Source: Escherichia phage vB_EcoM_G37-3. Taken from it: a DNA stretch of 64,000 bases. Shown in pieces: positions 18,544-27,484 of this stretch (the stretch's first letter is position 1; the number at the start of each line of letters is the position of its first letter). The notes below the pieces were generated by a model that saw only the letters and a program-made list of their open reading frames with translations, ran no database searches and was not told where the DNA came from. The stretch lies in sequence record MK327941.1; one strand, 5' to 3'. Made by a program: the position numbers and the translations under genes.

Positions 18544-19364
18544 TTAGTCACCTCACCGAAAATTGTAAATTGTCTACGATTCTCATCGCCGAAAGATTCT
18601 ACTACGTCGTTTACCTTGACGCAAGTCCCGCGCGGTAAAATTACTTCACATTCGCAAGGGTTCCATGCAATTGACCCAACAACAAAACCTTTATGATCTT
18701 TTACGTCAATTACCCATGATACATTACAAGAATGTTGCATCTTTCCGGTCATTGATTCATATCGATTCTCACAATAAAGGCTAGTGCTGTTTGATAGCCA
18801 TCCTCCAAAGATGATTGGTGTCATGCTGGTAGATACAAAGTTTTTAAAGGTAAACTCCTTATCTTCAATGATACGCTCTATTGTCTGAATGTCAAGATGT
18901 TGACCGCGATAAAGAGTACCGTTTAACTTTTCGGTTTTATCCATGACGCAATCCATCAAATCGACAATCTCTGATATCTCATCGGTCATGTCTTCTTCCC
19001 CTAAGAGAGCACCATTTACCCATTCGTATTGTTCAGACACATAATCACAGATTGCATTATATTCTGCTGGGGTTATGTTGTTATGTTTGTAATGTTTGAA
19101 TACATTATCTCCAAAGTCTTCGGAGTGTACTTCATACATCACATTAATGATTTTCTTGACAAATCCATAATCTTGTGTCTCACGCTCAAGGAAGCGGATA
19201 ACCTTCACATAATCATCAAAGTTAATCTGATCGCTAATCATCTCAGTGATCATGTAACCATTAATCCCCTCAATGTCATATGTTTCAATATAATTGTCCA
19301 TACGTTCCATCATTGATTCGCGTGATTCTTCCGAAAGACGAAAATCCTGTAATTTCTTGAACAT
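18540..19364 (-). CDS. ADP-ribosyltransferase (Mod/Alt-like)
   Basis: R-S-E triad context: TLYRGQ, FVSTS, CECEVILP; own early-type promoter upstream. Confidence 0.65.
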   Translation of the reverse strand: MFKKLQDFRLSEESRESMMERMDNYIETYDIEGINGYMITEMISDQINFDDYVKVIRFLERETQDYGFVKKIINVMYEVHSEDFGDNVFKHYKHNNITPAEYNAICDYVSEQYEWVNGALLGEEDMTDEISEIVDLMDCVMDKTEKLNGTLYRGQHLDIQTIERIIEDKEFTFKNFVSTSMTPIIFGGWLSNSTSLYCENRYESMTGKMQHSCNVSWVIDVKDHKGFVVGSIAWNPCECEVILPRGTCVKVNDVVESFGDENRRQFTIFGEVTK

Positions 19365-19385
19365 TTTAAACCTCCCATATAACAG

Positions 19386-19418
19386 AAAACGGGGCTAGTA
19401 TAAAACTAGTCCCCGTTT
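19386..19418 (-). terminator. Hairpin terminator after alt, overlapping the downstream early promoter
   Basis: CGGGGCTAGTATAAAACTAGTCCCCG inverted repeat flanked by A/T runs. Confidence 0.45.
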
Positions 19419-19425
19419 GAGTCAA
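19397..19425 (-). promoter_or_regulatory. Early sigma70-type promoter with stem-loop (PeSL-like)
   Basis: Minus strand TTGACT-N17-TATACT; hairpin overlaps spacer; RBS GGGAGG follows. Confidence 0.55.
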
Positions 19426-19442
19426 CCATTATTTCTTAAAAA

Positions 19443-21494
19443 TTACATTTTAAATTTATCTGGCATTGCGTCTACAGATACCAGATCAGCGATAAGCTGA
19501 CGTAGAGTTGCCTTATCTGCTTTCTTACGTTCGGTTTTAGCTTCGCTAATGAAGCTGGAGAAAGACAGGTCAGAAGCAGGTTTAACAACACCTTCACGGA
19601 TGAATGCATCGCCGTCCGCGATCATCTCGCCAGATTCTTGTAATGCTGCCAGTTCATTTTTGTTCATAATATGTGCCTCAATGTAATAAGTTTCTTGTGA
19701 ATCCGTCGATGCCGTAGCACGAGTTACCGTATCAAAGGATAACACAACACCGCGAGGAAGTAAAATCTCGCATTCTTTGTAAGCAAATGCTTTGTTACCT
19801 ACTGGCAAGACAGGGATGTTTTCCGCGCCAGCAATGGAGAAAGCAACATTAGCGCCACCTTCACCGCGAGAGCCAGCCATAGAATCAACACCAGCAACGG
19901 CACTAGCCACGTTTGCATTCCAGCCGCCAAAAATGTTAGGTGCAAGGGAAGTGCTCACATAGTTTTTAAAGTAAAACGCTTTTTGCTTACGTGCAGTTTC
20001 CCACATTTGCGACCGGAAGTCCATACCACGATACAGAATAGTACCAGGATCAAGTTTAACGCCATAGTTAGAGAAGGCATTATCCAGTGCATCGCACATC
20101 TTGACCAATTCTTCTGGATCTGCGATTCCCTCAAACTCTTCCAGCTTACGGTCGGTTAGGAAGTTGTTCATATTGATGTATGCTGCATCGGCATATTCGC
20201 TCAACACAAAACCTTCCGCGCCTGGTAGATCAAGATCAATATCTGCCATCATTTCACCCATGTTGCTAGCAATTGCTTCAAACATACCGGAAGCAACATT
20301 ACGTAGGGCATCGGTTTTAATCTGGGTGATATGACTACGCAGCATTTCAGCTTTTACATCTGCTGGCATAGACTGGTCTACTCGATCCATTGCCAGGGCG
20401 GTGATCTTGTTTTCGAATACTTCCTCGCTCATGATTTCTTTTAAGCGTTTGATTGATGCTGCGATAACTTCCGCAGACAATGGATCATATTGATCCTGAA
20501 CTTTTACCAGTTCGCTTACTGCGTATTTTGCATCGGCTTCGCTTTCAAAAATAGTACGCATGAAACCATAGCGAGTGATAATATCACTTGTCCAGTCATT
20601 CAGAGAACGGGCGGTTGAACGTTCTAAGGCTTGACGATCAATCAGAGTATTAAACTGTTTCTTAGGTTCGGCTTCGGTGATATCTTCTTCCGGTTTAAGA
20701 TTAATTTTTTCTGGATGATTCACATAGTCGCTGTTATAGGTCGCTTGAGTTTTCAGCATTTCTTCTTTAGTCAAACGAGATTTAGCCGCTACGCGTTGTT
20801 CCGCTTCCGCGTTTCGTTCTTCTTCTGACACCAGACTAGCCGCATACGCCTCATCTTTAGTCAGAGATTCACCAGTAGCCTTAGATACCCAGCGATCACC
20901 TAAATCACTTTCTACTTTAGTGAACAAGGAATCATCAAGTTTAATCCCTTTAATCTTATCAATCGCCATACCGCGACGCTTGACAACAACTAAAGCGATC
21001 TTTTTGCTGGTCATTACTTCCTGCTGGAATACTTCAAACTTCGGTGTACGACGCACCAAACGCTCTATAACGCGCTTAACCAGTTCGGTCTTACCTTTCA
21101 TGCGGGATACGTTAAAACGGAACATAACAGCGTCTAATTGCGCTTTACGGGCTGTTTCCATAACCACATCAAAAGCACTTGCCATAACTGCAATCGGGTT
21201 ATCGCCTAGACCATTTTTAAGCTGTACAATACGACCGCTTTTGTTCATTTCGCACAGTACAACATGCGCTGTCTTGTCACCCATACGAATGATTTTAGGT
21301 GTTTTGTTGGTGAAGTTACAAAGACGGACAATCACATCTTTATCGCGTGTCTGTACTGCAAAAAGCTGTTTAGGATTCTGCTTAGGCTTTAAGCACTGTA
21401 CCGGAGCAATACTACCAAAGTTTTCTTCCTCTTCCGTCAACAGCCATTTCTCGAAAGATTCAATCATTAGGTCGTCGATTTCTAAGTTAAACAT
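19443..21494 (-). CDS. alt: Alt ADP-ribosyltransferase (packaged)
   Basis: 683 aa (T4 Alt 682 aa); C-terminal ILYRGMDF, YVSTS, ECEILLPRG. Confidence 0.8.
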   Translation of the reverse strand: MFNLEIDDLMIESFEKWLLTEEEENFGSIAPVQCLKPKQNPKQLFAVQTRDKDVIVRLCNFTNKTPKIIRMGDKTAHVVLCEMNKSGRIVQLKNGLGDNPIAVMASAFDVVMETARKAQLDAVMFRFNVSRMKGKTELVKRVIERLVRRTPKFEVFQQEVMTSKKIALVVVKRRGMAIDKIKGIKLDDSLFTKVESDLGDRWVSKATGESLTKDEAYAASLVSEEERNAEAEQRVAAKSRLTKEEMLKTQATYNSDYVNHPEKINLKPEEDITEAEPKKQFNTLIDRQALERSTARSLNDWTSDIITRYGFMRTIFESEADAKYAVSELVKVQDQYDPLSAEVIAASIKRLKEIMSEEVFENKITALAMDRVDQSMPADVKAEMLRSHITQIKTDALRNVASGMFEAIASNMGEMMADIDLDLPGAEGFVLSEYADAAYINMNNFLTDRKLEEFEGIADPEELVKMCDALDNAFSNYGVKLDPGTILYRGMDFRSQMWETARKQKAFYFKNYVSTSLAPNIFGGWNANVASAVAGVDSMAGSRGEGGANVAFSIAGAENIPVLPVGNKAFAYKECEILLPRGVVLSFDTVTRATASTDSQETYYIEAHIMNKNELAALQESGEMIADGDAFIREGVVKPASDLSFSSFISEAKTERKKADKATLRQLIADLVSVDAMPDKFKM

Positions 21495-21534
21495 TTTATA
21501 TCCTCTAGTTGATAACCTATAAACCTATATTTAT

Positions 21535-21563
21535 GAAAACGGGGCTTAACGCCCCCTTTTTAT
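21535..21563. terminator. Hairpin terminator
   Basis: GGGGCTTAACGCCCC hairpin with flanking T/A runs. Confidence 0.45.
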
Positions 21564-21775
21564 TATAATGCACCATCGAGCAATTGCTCTAAGGTGTATC
21601 CTGAATAGTCTTTTTCAATCAGGATATATTTTCCTACTCGTTTAATACAACCGCGCATTTCAACATATTCTGCGTAGTTGATGGTGCGAGTTGTTCCATC
21701 TTCTAGCAAAGCAGTACCGATTTCGTTAATGCGGTCATAAGTTACGTAGGTAATGATGATTTCGATGTTAGCCAT
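21563..21775 (-). CDS. Small hypothetical early protein
   Basis: Start at ATG 21775 (MANIEII...) with AAGGAG RBS downstream of promoter 21810-21838. Confidence 0.55.
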   Translation of the reverse strand: MANIEIIITYVTYDRINEIGTALLEDGTTRTINYAEYVEMRGCIKRVGKYILIEKDYSGYTLEQLLDGAL

Positions 21776-21809
21776 TTGATACTCCTTAGTAGTTCGTTTC
21801 GGTATGTGT

Positions 21810-21838
21810 ATTATAGGGGATCGATGATCCCCTGTCAA
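21810..21838 (-). promoter_or_regulatory. Early promoter with palindromic spacer (PeSL-type)
   Basis: Minus strand TTGACA-GGGGATCATCGATCCCC-TATAAT, A-tract upstream. Confidence 0.7.
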
Positions 21839-21846
21839 CAACTTTT

Positions 21847-22365
21847 TTAGTTATTTTTTAATTGCTCATCTTGCAATAGGGCAATCACATGCTGGCGATG
21901 TTCTTCCGATTGAGGCACACCGAAAAAGTTTGTTTTGTAGAAATACTCTAATCGGTCTTCTCGTGTGCTCTCTTCCATCATGATCGCGGGTAGTCCGAGA
22001 TTTCGGAAACGTCGCTTTTCTGCTGGCGTAAAATCACTGTAATACAACATAGAATCATCATTACCAGCAATGCTAAACTCATCTTTCATAAAGGAGAATA
22101 TTGCGTTTAAACGCTGTTTACCGTCCACGATTTCGATCTCATAGCGAGAGCCATCATCAATCTTAGCCATTGCGATAGCACCAACCGGAAAATCATTAAT
22201 CAGGTTTTCGATAAACATACGTTTGTTTTCGGTGTCCCATACCAAAGGACGCTGATAATCTGGGTTCATGTTGATATATCCATCTTCTAACCACGCCTCA
22301 TAAACAGAGATGACAAAGTTTTTAGTATTGGTATAGTAACGGCGTTTAGGCGTTAAACGGTTCAT
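21847..22365 (-). CDS. DUF262 / ParB-like nuclease-domain protein
   Basis: DYQRPLVWDTENK...VDGKQRLNAI resembles the DUF262 (GmrSD N-terminal) DGQQR motif; start ATG 22365 with CAGGAGA RBS. Confidence 0.5.
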   Translation of the reverse strand: MNRLTPKRRYYTNTKNFVISVYEAWLEDGYINMNPDYQRPLVWDTENKRMFIENLINDFPVGAIAMAKIDDGSRYEIEIVDGKQRLNAIFSFMKDEFSIAGNDDSMLYYSDFTPAEKRRFRNLGLPAIMMEESTREDRLEYFYKTNFFGVPQSEEHRQHVIALLQDEQLKNN

Positions 22366-22366
22366 G

Positions 22367-22699
22367 TTATAGTCTCCTGAATGGATCATCACGTAAATCA
22401 ATATCTTTTAAGAACTCATCCCATGAATGGCGGATATTGTTCTTAATTCTCCAGATAAGCGCAGGGATTGAACGCTCTCCCATCTGGAAGTATGGATCAT
22501 ATGATCCGTATGCCCAATATGCTACTACAATTCCACAATCAGAGCAATAGTATTCTATTTCACTTGCTGGCGACCAAAGTCCATCAATATGATCGGTGAT
22601 CTTGCTTTCGATGTTATGGCTATGACAATCAGGGCAACGGATGCAATGACCTTGTTTATCGTAATTTGACGTTAGCGAATACTTAAACAATCTCATCAT
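22367..22699 (-). CDS. Zinc-finger protein (hypothetical)
   Basis: CIRCPDCHSH...CSDC, two CxxC pairs. Confidence 0.5.
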   Translation of the reverse strand: MMRLFKYSLTSNYDKQGHCIRCPDCHSHNIESKITDHIDGLWSPASEIEYYCSDCGIVVAYWAYGSYDPYFQMGERSIPALIWRIKNNIRHSWDEFLKDIDLRDDPFRRL

Positions 22700-23412
22700 A
22701 GATCCTTATTGGCTTCAAATACTGCCTTTGCGAATCCTCGCGGGGTAAGTGACCTTATAGTCTTTGTTTTCGTTCCTTTCCCGCCTAGCTTAGAATGCTG
22801 TTTACTGTACCCTTTATTAATCTGCAAAGGTTTCTTTTCTGGCATCATAAAGCCTTGTCCGGTCCATAAGCAAGTCTTTTTCGGGTACATATCACGGGCG
22901 GCAATATACTCAGGAAACGTAGGATGCTTATCATCTTCCGGCAAATAACCGCCATATTCCCACGGATGAAACATATAATCAGGCTTACGCCACATGCTAG
23001 AGATAACGCTTACAGGATTCTCTATCATGTAGGGAACTCCTAGCCATTCACCCAAATAAGCGGTTATTTTAGCTGCCCGTACATCATGAACTTGAATCAA
23101 TGGTCCTTGTTCTCGTTTCTTTCGTTCAAAGTGCGCAGCGCCACTAACAGCTAAATTGGTGCACGGTGGGAATGCAAAGATAATATCCGGTTTCCCCCAT
23201 TCAAGGTCCATTGCTCTTTCCAGCCAGTTCAAATCAATCCATGTGTTTACATAGGTAATGTTTGGATGTTCAAATCTGGTATTATACTTTTTGTATGTGC
23301 CGTGGTCGCCATCATCAGCATTAAAGCAGATCACCTTATGACCTGCTTTAGCCCATTCTAGCCCCATTATCCCCGATCCGTCAAAGTTACAGAATATTAA
23401 TTTTTGTTTCAT
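22696..23412 (-). CDS. C5-cytosine methyltransferase-like protein (catalytic core only)
   Basis: Motif I-like FCNFDGSG, motif IV-like FPPCTNLAVSGA, motif VI-like MIENP; no evident target-recognition domain. Confidence 0.45.
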   Translation of the reverse strand: MKQKLIFCNFDGSGIMGLEWAKAGHKVICFNADDGDHGTYKKYNTRFEHPNITYVNTWIDLNWLERAMDLEWGKPDIIFAFPPCTNLAVSGAAHFERKKREQGPLIQVHDVRAAKITAYLGEWLGVPYMIENPVSVISSMWRKPDYMFHPWEYGGYLPEDDKHPTFPEYIAARDMYPKKTCLWTGQGFMMPEKKPLQINKGYSKQHSKLGGKGTKTKTIRSLTPRGFAKAVFEANKDL

Positions 23413-23654
23413 ATACGCCCCTTTAATCCAACACAGATTTTAGAAGGTTCTTTGCCGTGCCACATTAAGTAAAGTCCGTTAATGCGGCCTTGTTTTGTAT
23501 ATGATTCTTTTCTGATCTTCTTATAGTGTCGTGTTTCCTCAGCCGATTGTTTAGAATACCAATCATAAAGGAAGATGAACAAAGGCCACCCATTAGCGGC
23601 CTTAATGCAGTTATTCAAAAATTCCTTATTGCGTTTAATTAATTTTCTTTTCAC
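23409..23654 (-). CDS. Hypothetical protein
   Basis: 81 aa, overlapping-stop coupling with neighbours. Confidence 0.5.
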   Translation of the reverse strand: MKRKLIKRNKEFLNNCIKAANGWPLFIFLYDWYSKQSAEETRHYKKIRKESYTKQGRINGLYLMWHGKEPSKICVGLKGRI

Positions 23655-23902
23655 GCTGCCCCCATTGGTTTGATAGTAACAGAATCTAAAAGACCTTTGT
23701 TAGCCAGTTCGCGGCAAGTTTTCAGATCCGCAACTTCCCAACCAGCCGCAATCAGGTTATCAATCAGGCTGTTAGCAACTTCTTCGCTCATGAAAGAGCA
23801 CTGTTTGCCGATGGTGTAGCGTACACGCTGTAATTTCAGTTTACGGAAGCCTTTAACGTTCAGGTCTTTAGCGATTTTCTTTGCGGTTTCGATGTTAGCC
23901 AT
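23651..23902 (-). CDS. Hypothetical protein
   Basis: 83 aa, first gene after promoter 23943-23971. Confidence 0.5.
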   Translation of the reverse strand: MANIETAKKIAKDLNVKGFRKLKLQRVRYTIGKQCSFMSEEVANSLIDNLIAAGWEVADLKTCRELANKGLLDSVTIKPMGAA

Positions 23903-23942
23903 TGTTTGATTCTCCTAAGTGGTATCTCGTCTTGATGGTTGT

Positions 23943-23971
23943 ATTGTAGGGGAGTTATCCTCCCCTGTCAA
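23943..23971 (-). promoter_or_regulatory. Early promoter with palindromic spacer (PeSL-type)
   Basis: Minus strand TTGACA-GGGGAGGATAACTCCCC-TACAAT. Confidence 0.65.
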
Positions 23972-23985
23972 CACTTTTTATAAAA

Positions 23986-24153
23986 TTATTTGTTAATTTC
24001 TGGTGCGTTGCTAGGATAGTAACCTTCTTTAACACCCAGATATTTTGCAACCATCCCTACAATCTTCTGTGCTACTACAATGTCAAATTTCAGATAATCT
24101 TCGCCGTGGGTTTCAATGATATATGCTTCACATGCTGCTTTAGTCTCGAACAT
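23986..24153 (-). CDS. Small hypothetical protein (55 aa), paralog of 27246-27413
   Basis: AGGAGA RBS; about 90 percent nucleotide identity with second copy. Confidence 0.5.
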   Translation of the reverse strand: MFETKAACEAYIIETHGEDYLKFDIVVAQKIVGMVAKYLGVKEGYYPSNAPEINK

Positions 24154-24186
24154 TTTGATTCTCCTATTTCGTTTCGTTATGTGTGT

Positions 24187-24215
24187 ATTATAGGGGATCT
24201 CCCGATCCCCGTCAA
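24187..24215 (-). promoter_or_regulatory. Early promoter with palindromic spacer (PeSL-type)
   Basis: Minus strand TTGACG-GGGATCGGGAGATCCCC-TATAAT. Confidence 0.6.
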
Positions 24216-24229
24216 CAACTTTTTTAAAA

Positions 24230-24511
24230 TTATTCGTGATTAGTTTCGATGTTGTGCATTTTGCACCAGTTCAGCCAATCACCCAGATCCTGATAGTTAA
24301 TGCTTTTATCTGCTGCCATCGTTTTTGTCTTGATACCCATATGTGCGTTATGAGTAAGCATTTTTACAGTGAACTCAATTTTATCACCTTTAGCTTTAAC
24401 ATCAACCAGTTTGGTCCACTGGCTACCAGCGCCGCGAATGTTCATACCAACGATGTTTCCGATGTATGCTTCTTTGTTTTTCAGGATTTCGGTTGCTTTG
24501 ATGAATTTCAT
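24230..24511 (-). CDS. Hypothetical protein
   Basis: 93 aa, GGAGA RBS. Confidence 0.5.
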   Translation of the reverse strand: MKFIKATEILKNKEAYIGNIVGMNIRGAGSQWTKLVDVKAKGDKIEFTVKMLTHNAHMGIKTKTMAADKSINYQDLGDWLNWCKMHNIETNHE

Positions 24512-24581
24512 TTTTGATTCTCCAGTTCGTTTCGGTATGTGTGTATTATGCTATGTTCTTACTTTGGTGTCAACAACTTTT

Positions 24582-24851
24582 TTAGATATTTTCAGAAATA
24601 AATTTTAAAACTTGACGTAAATGTTTCTCATCTTTGATAGTCGCCGGAAGTTCTTCTTTTACTTCCTGTGCAAGATAGATATTTCCGTTCCAAGTGAAAG
24701 ATCCGTCTTCGTTTACGCGATAGCTGAACATCCACTCGCAATCATTTTCGATTTCATATACACACAGAAGGGTGTAATCGTTAAAGCTATTGATTTCAAG
24801 GTCGAAGCCGTGACGTTTTGCAAAGTTGGTAGTGGTTTTAGTCAGAGCCAT
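24582..24851 (-). CDS. Hypothetical protein
   Basis: 89 aa, AGGAGA RBS. Confidence 0.5.
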   Translation of the reverse strand: MALTKTTTNFAKRHGFDLEINSFNDYTLLCVYEIENDCEWMFSYRVNEDGSFTWNGNIYLAQEVKEELPATIKDEKHLRQVLKFISENI

Positions 24852-24924
24852 TGTTTGATTCTCCTAAATGGTATCTCGTTTCGATGTGTGTATTATGCTA
24901 TAGGCCGGATCTGGTGTCAATGCC

Positions 24925-24954
24925 TTTTTTAAAAAAGCCGACACTAAGGTCGGC
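24925..24954. terminator. Hairpin terminator
   Basis: GCCGACACTAAGGTCGGC flanked by T6 and A6. Confidence 0.55.
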
Positions 24955-24962
24955 TAATAAAA

Positions 24963-25271
24963 TCATTTAGACAAGTAATCATTCTGTGCAATACGGTCGG
25001 CGTATGCTGGTGTTATGTCAATCGCCAGCACTTTAACGCGTGCTTTCTTGCGACCTGGGTTTTCTCGTAACCAGTGCTCATGACCGTGAACATTTTTATA
25101 CTTTGATGCTTCTTCAAATGTACGGATCGGACCTGGGTAATCAGCGTAAAGGATCTCTAGGTCTTCGGTGATGTAAAAATATACATCGTAATTACTGTTC
25201 TCTAGTTTAAGCAGAGAGTTGCGAAATTGTGGTAAATTCTCGCGGGTAAATTCAACTACAAGATTTTTCAT
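24963..25271 (-). CDS. HxHW-family small protein, member 1
   Basis: HGHEHWLRENPGRKKARVKVLAIDITP. Confidence 0.55.
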   Translation of the reverse strand: MKNLVVEFTRENLPQFRNSLLKLENSNYDVYFYITEDLEILYADYPGPIRTFEEASKYKNVHGHEHWLRENPGRKKARVKVLAIDITPAYADRIAQNDYLSK

Positions 25272-25321
25272 AGTGATATCCTCATTCAGATAGATTAAAA
25301 GGGGGCTTAACGCCCCGTATA

Positions 25322-25609
25322 TTAAAACAGTCCTTCCTGTACACCGTAGTAGAGTTCATCGCTGATAATTTCATTAATGCGACGGTGTGCATATTCCTGA
25401 TTTGCGAAGTTATCAGCAAGTTCTACTTTAGTTTCGCCGTCATGAGTCCATTTAGTGATAACTTTACCATCTGCAAATTTGAAGTTGAACTCTTTAGCTA
25501 CTGCATCGCGTACCAGACGTGCGAACTTGTTGTTACGGATTGCATTATCGGTTTCGTGTGCAGCGTGAGCGAATTTGTTAACTTTCAGAGTGATAGTAAT
25601 GTATGCCAT
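25322..25609 (-). CDS. Hypothetical protein, paralog of 28851-29162
   Basis: Shared AKEFN.K core with second copy. Confidence 0.5.
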   Translation of the reverse strand: MAYITITLKVNKFAHAAHETDNAIRNNKFARLVRDAVAKEFNFKFADGKVITKWTHDGETKVELADNFANQEYAHRRINEIISDELYYGVQEGLF

Positions 25610-25655
25610 AATTTGATTCTCCTAGTTAGAAAGTGTATCTCGTTTCGATGGGGAT

Positions 25656-25684
25656 ATTATGCTATATCCCCGATCCGGTGTCAA
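25656..25684 (-). promoter_or_regulatory. Early promoter with inverted repeat flanking the -10
   Basis: Minus strand TTGACA-N17-CATAAT with GGGGATAT / ATATCCCC arms. Confidence 0.55.
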
Positions 25685-25690
25685 CACTTT

Positions 25691-25969
25691 TTATAAAATA
25701 ATTTTTTGATATTTTTCTATGATGTTCGTGTAAGTCACATCAACCGCTAGCACCGTTGCTTCGAATCCACCGTTTAGCCAATGGCTATGATCATGATCGT
25801 GAAAGAAACCTAGACCAGTACGAAGACCTTCTTTATATTCTGCGCGTACATTCAGTTTGTCGTCGATAAACAGATAAAACCATGAATTTTTACTAGGATT
25901 GATGATACAACCTTTCAGATTAGGGAGAATATCACGACTAAGAATAAACTTATCACCTACTTTGAGCAT
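25691..25969 (-). CDS. HxHW-family small protein, member 2
   Basis: HDHDHSHWLNGGFEATVLAVDVT; start at internal ATG. Confidence 0.5.
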   Translation of the reverse strand: MLKVGDKFILSRDILPNLKGCIINPSKNSWFYLFIDDKLNVRAEYKEGLRTGLGFFHDHDHSHWLNGGFEATVLAVDVTYTNIIEKYQKIIL

Positions 25970-25983
25970 AATATTTTCCTCAC

Positions 25984-26292
25984 TTATAAAGTTTGACCGT
26001 TGTTTTTCGCGTAATGCTGAATGCGTGCTTGATCTGCTTCCGCTGGTGATAGATTCCATGCGATCACTACAACTTCTGACGCATCATGATCATTATCACT
26101 TACCCAATGATTATGATTCATACAATTGTTTGCTATCGCGTGAGCAAATGATCTCATTACCGGAGACGTATAATCATAGTAACGGATTTTCAGATTTTCA
26201 TCAACGTACAAGTAGATCGTATACGGCTTATATTCAGTAACCAGTAACAGACAGTTACGCAATTCTGGGAAAATCTTTTTAGTTAATTTCAT
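25984..26292 (-). CDS. HxHW-family small protein, member 3
   Basis: NHNHWVSDNDHDASEVVVIAWN; start at ATG 26292. Confidence 0.5.
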   Translation of the reverse strand: MKLTKKIFPELRNCLLLVTEYKPYTIYLYVDENLKIRYYDYTSPVMRSFAHAIANNCMNHNHWVSDNDHDASEVVVIAWNLSPAEADQARIQHYAKNNGQTL

Positions 26293-26293
26293 T

Positions 26294-26512
26294 TTATAAT
26301 CCTCGGTCGCGGCTATAGTACACGGTACGCCATACAATTTCATGTTTCGTGTCGCTCCAGCACACGATCTCATTTACTCTTAAATCTTTGTTATCAACAA
26401 AAGATGAACATTGTGACGCTTCTTTCATCATTTTATCTGCTGTTTTCTCATCAAATACAGCACAGATTTCTTTATACACTCGATAATCTTTGAATTGACT
26501 CTGGATACTCAT
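26294..26512 (-). CDS. Hypothetical protein, paralog of 26515-26730
   Basis: SQFKDYRVYKEICAVFDEKTADKMMKEASQCSSF versus SKFKEYKAYQQILRVYEPEFAEKMMEDASKCPSF. Confidence 0.45.
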   Translation of the reverse strand: MSIQSQFKDYRVYKEICAVFDEKTADKMMKEASQCSSFVDNKDLRVNEIVCWSDTKHEIVWRTVYYSRDRGL

Positions 26513-26514
26513 AA

Positions 26515-26730
26515 TTAACACCAATCAAGAGTTTTTGAGAAAACCTCTATCCATTGTTGAGTATATGCGGTTTCTTTCCATGATACAATACCAGTAGAAT
26601 AATGGTTTTTGTTTCCAGAAAAGGACGGGCATTTTGATGCATCTTCCATCATCTTTTCGGCGAACTCTGGTTCGTATACCCGCAAAATCTGTTGATATGC
26701 TTTGTATTCTTTAAATTTGCTCATAATCAT
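26515..26730 (-). CDS. Hypothetical protein, paralog of 26294-26512
   Basis: Tandem paralog pair. Confidence 0.45.
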   Translation of the reverse strand: MIMSKFKEYKAYQQILRVYEPEFAEKMMEDASKCPSFSGNKNHYSTGIVSWKETAYTQQWIEVFSKTLDWC

Positions 26731-26989
26731 TCACTACCTTATCAGCTTCTTTTGTTGTTTTTACATCAACTGCGATAACCCGTAAAGGTTCGTCATGGTT
26801 CCACCAATGATCGTGAATATCGGCTTGTGATTTATCACCAAAGGAATCACGAATATCATTTTTACATTTATAGCTAATGTGACCGTCATAGTCAACATAA
26901 AGGTAATTATCGAAAATCGGCGTTTTTAAGATCATACCGAAAAATCTTTCTTTGTGTGTCTTATCCAGTGTTGCAGTAATTCGCATCAT
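26711..26989 (-). CDS. HxHW-family small protein, member 4
   Basis: IHDHWWNHDEPLRVIAVDVKT. Confidence 0.5.
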   Translation of the reverse strand: MMRITATLDKTHKERFFGMILKTPIFDNYLYVDYDGHISYKCKNDIRDSFGDKSQADIHDHWWNHDEPLRVIAVDVKTTKEADKVVNDYEQI

Positions 26990-27001
26990 AATATATTCCT
27001 C

Positions 27002-27181
27002 TTAGAAAGGGATGGTCATTTCTTGAGCTTGTACATTCTCGTTAGGATTAAACTTCATCCAACCGATATTGTCTACCAGCATATGTACATTTTTATCATA
27101 TCCTACGTGAGTAGTCAACACTAAATGTGCTTTACCTTCAACGATGATTTCCATGTACTTCTGAACTTCGATAGCTTTCAT
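27002..27181 (-). CDS. Small hypothetical protein (59 aa)
   Basis: ATG with GGAGA RBS. Confidence 0.4.
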   Translation of the reverse strand: MKAIEVQKYMEIIVEGKAHLVLTTHVGYDKNVHMLVDNIGWMKFNPNENVQAQEMTIPF

Positions 27182-27245
27182 TTTGATTCTCCGTTTGTTG
27201 TCTTGATGGGAGTATCTTACTACTCCCTTTAATCATTGTCAACGA

Positions 27246-27413
27246 TTATTTGTTAATTTCCGGTGCGTTGCTTGGATAGTAGCCTTCTTTAACACCCAGA
27301 TATTTTGCAACCATTCCGGTGATCTTCTGTGCTACTACGATATCGAATTTCAGGTAGTCTTCACCGTGGTTTGCTACAATGTATGCTTCGCATTCTGCTT
27401 TAGTCTGGAACAT
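27246..27413 (-). CDS. Small hypothetical protein (55 aa), paralog of 23986-24153
   Basis: Near-identical second copy. Confidence 0.5.
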   Translation of the reverse strand: MFQTKAECEAYIVANHGEDYLKFDIVVAQKITGMVAKYLGVKEGYYPSNAPEINK

Positions 27414-27447
27414 TTTTGATTCTCCTATATCTCGTTGGTATGTGTGT

Positions 27448-27476
27448 AGTATAGGGGATCACCGATCCCCTGTCAA
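27448..27476 (-). promoter_or_regulatory. Early promoter with palindromic spacer (PeSL-type)
   Basis: Minus strand TTGACA-GGGGATCGGTGATCCCC-TATACT. Confidence 0.65.
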
Positions 27477-27484
27477 CAACTTTT

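Noticed and set aside
20920-21522. 200-aa plus-strand ORF
   Set aside because: Entirely antisense to alt; no initiation signals.
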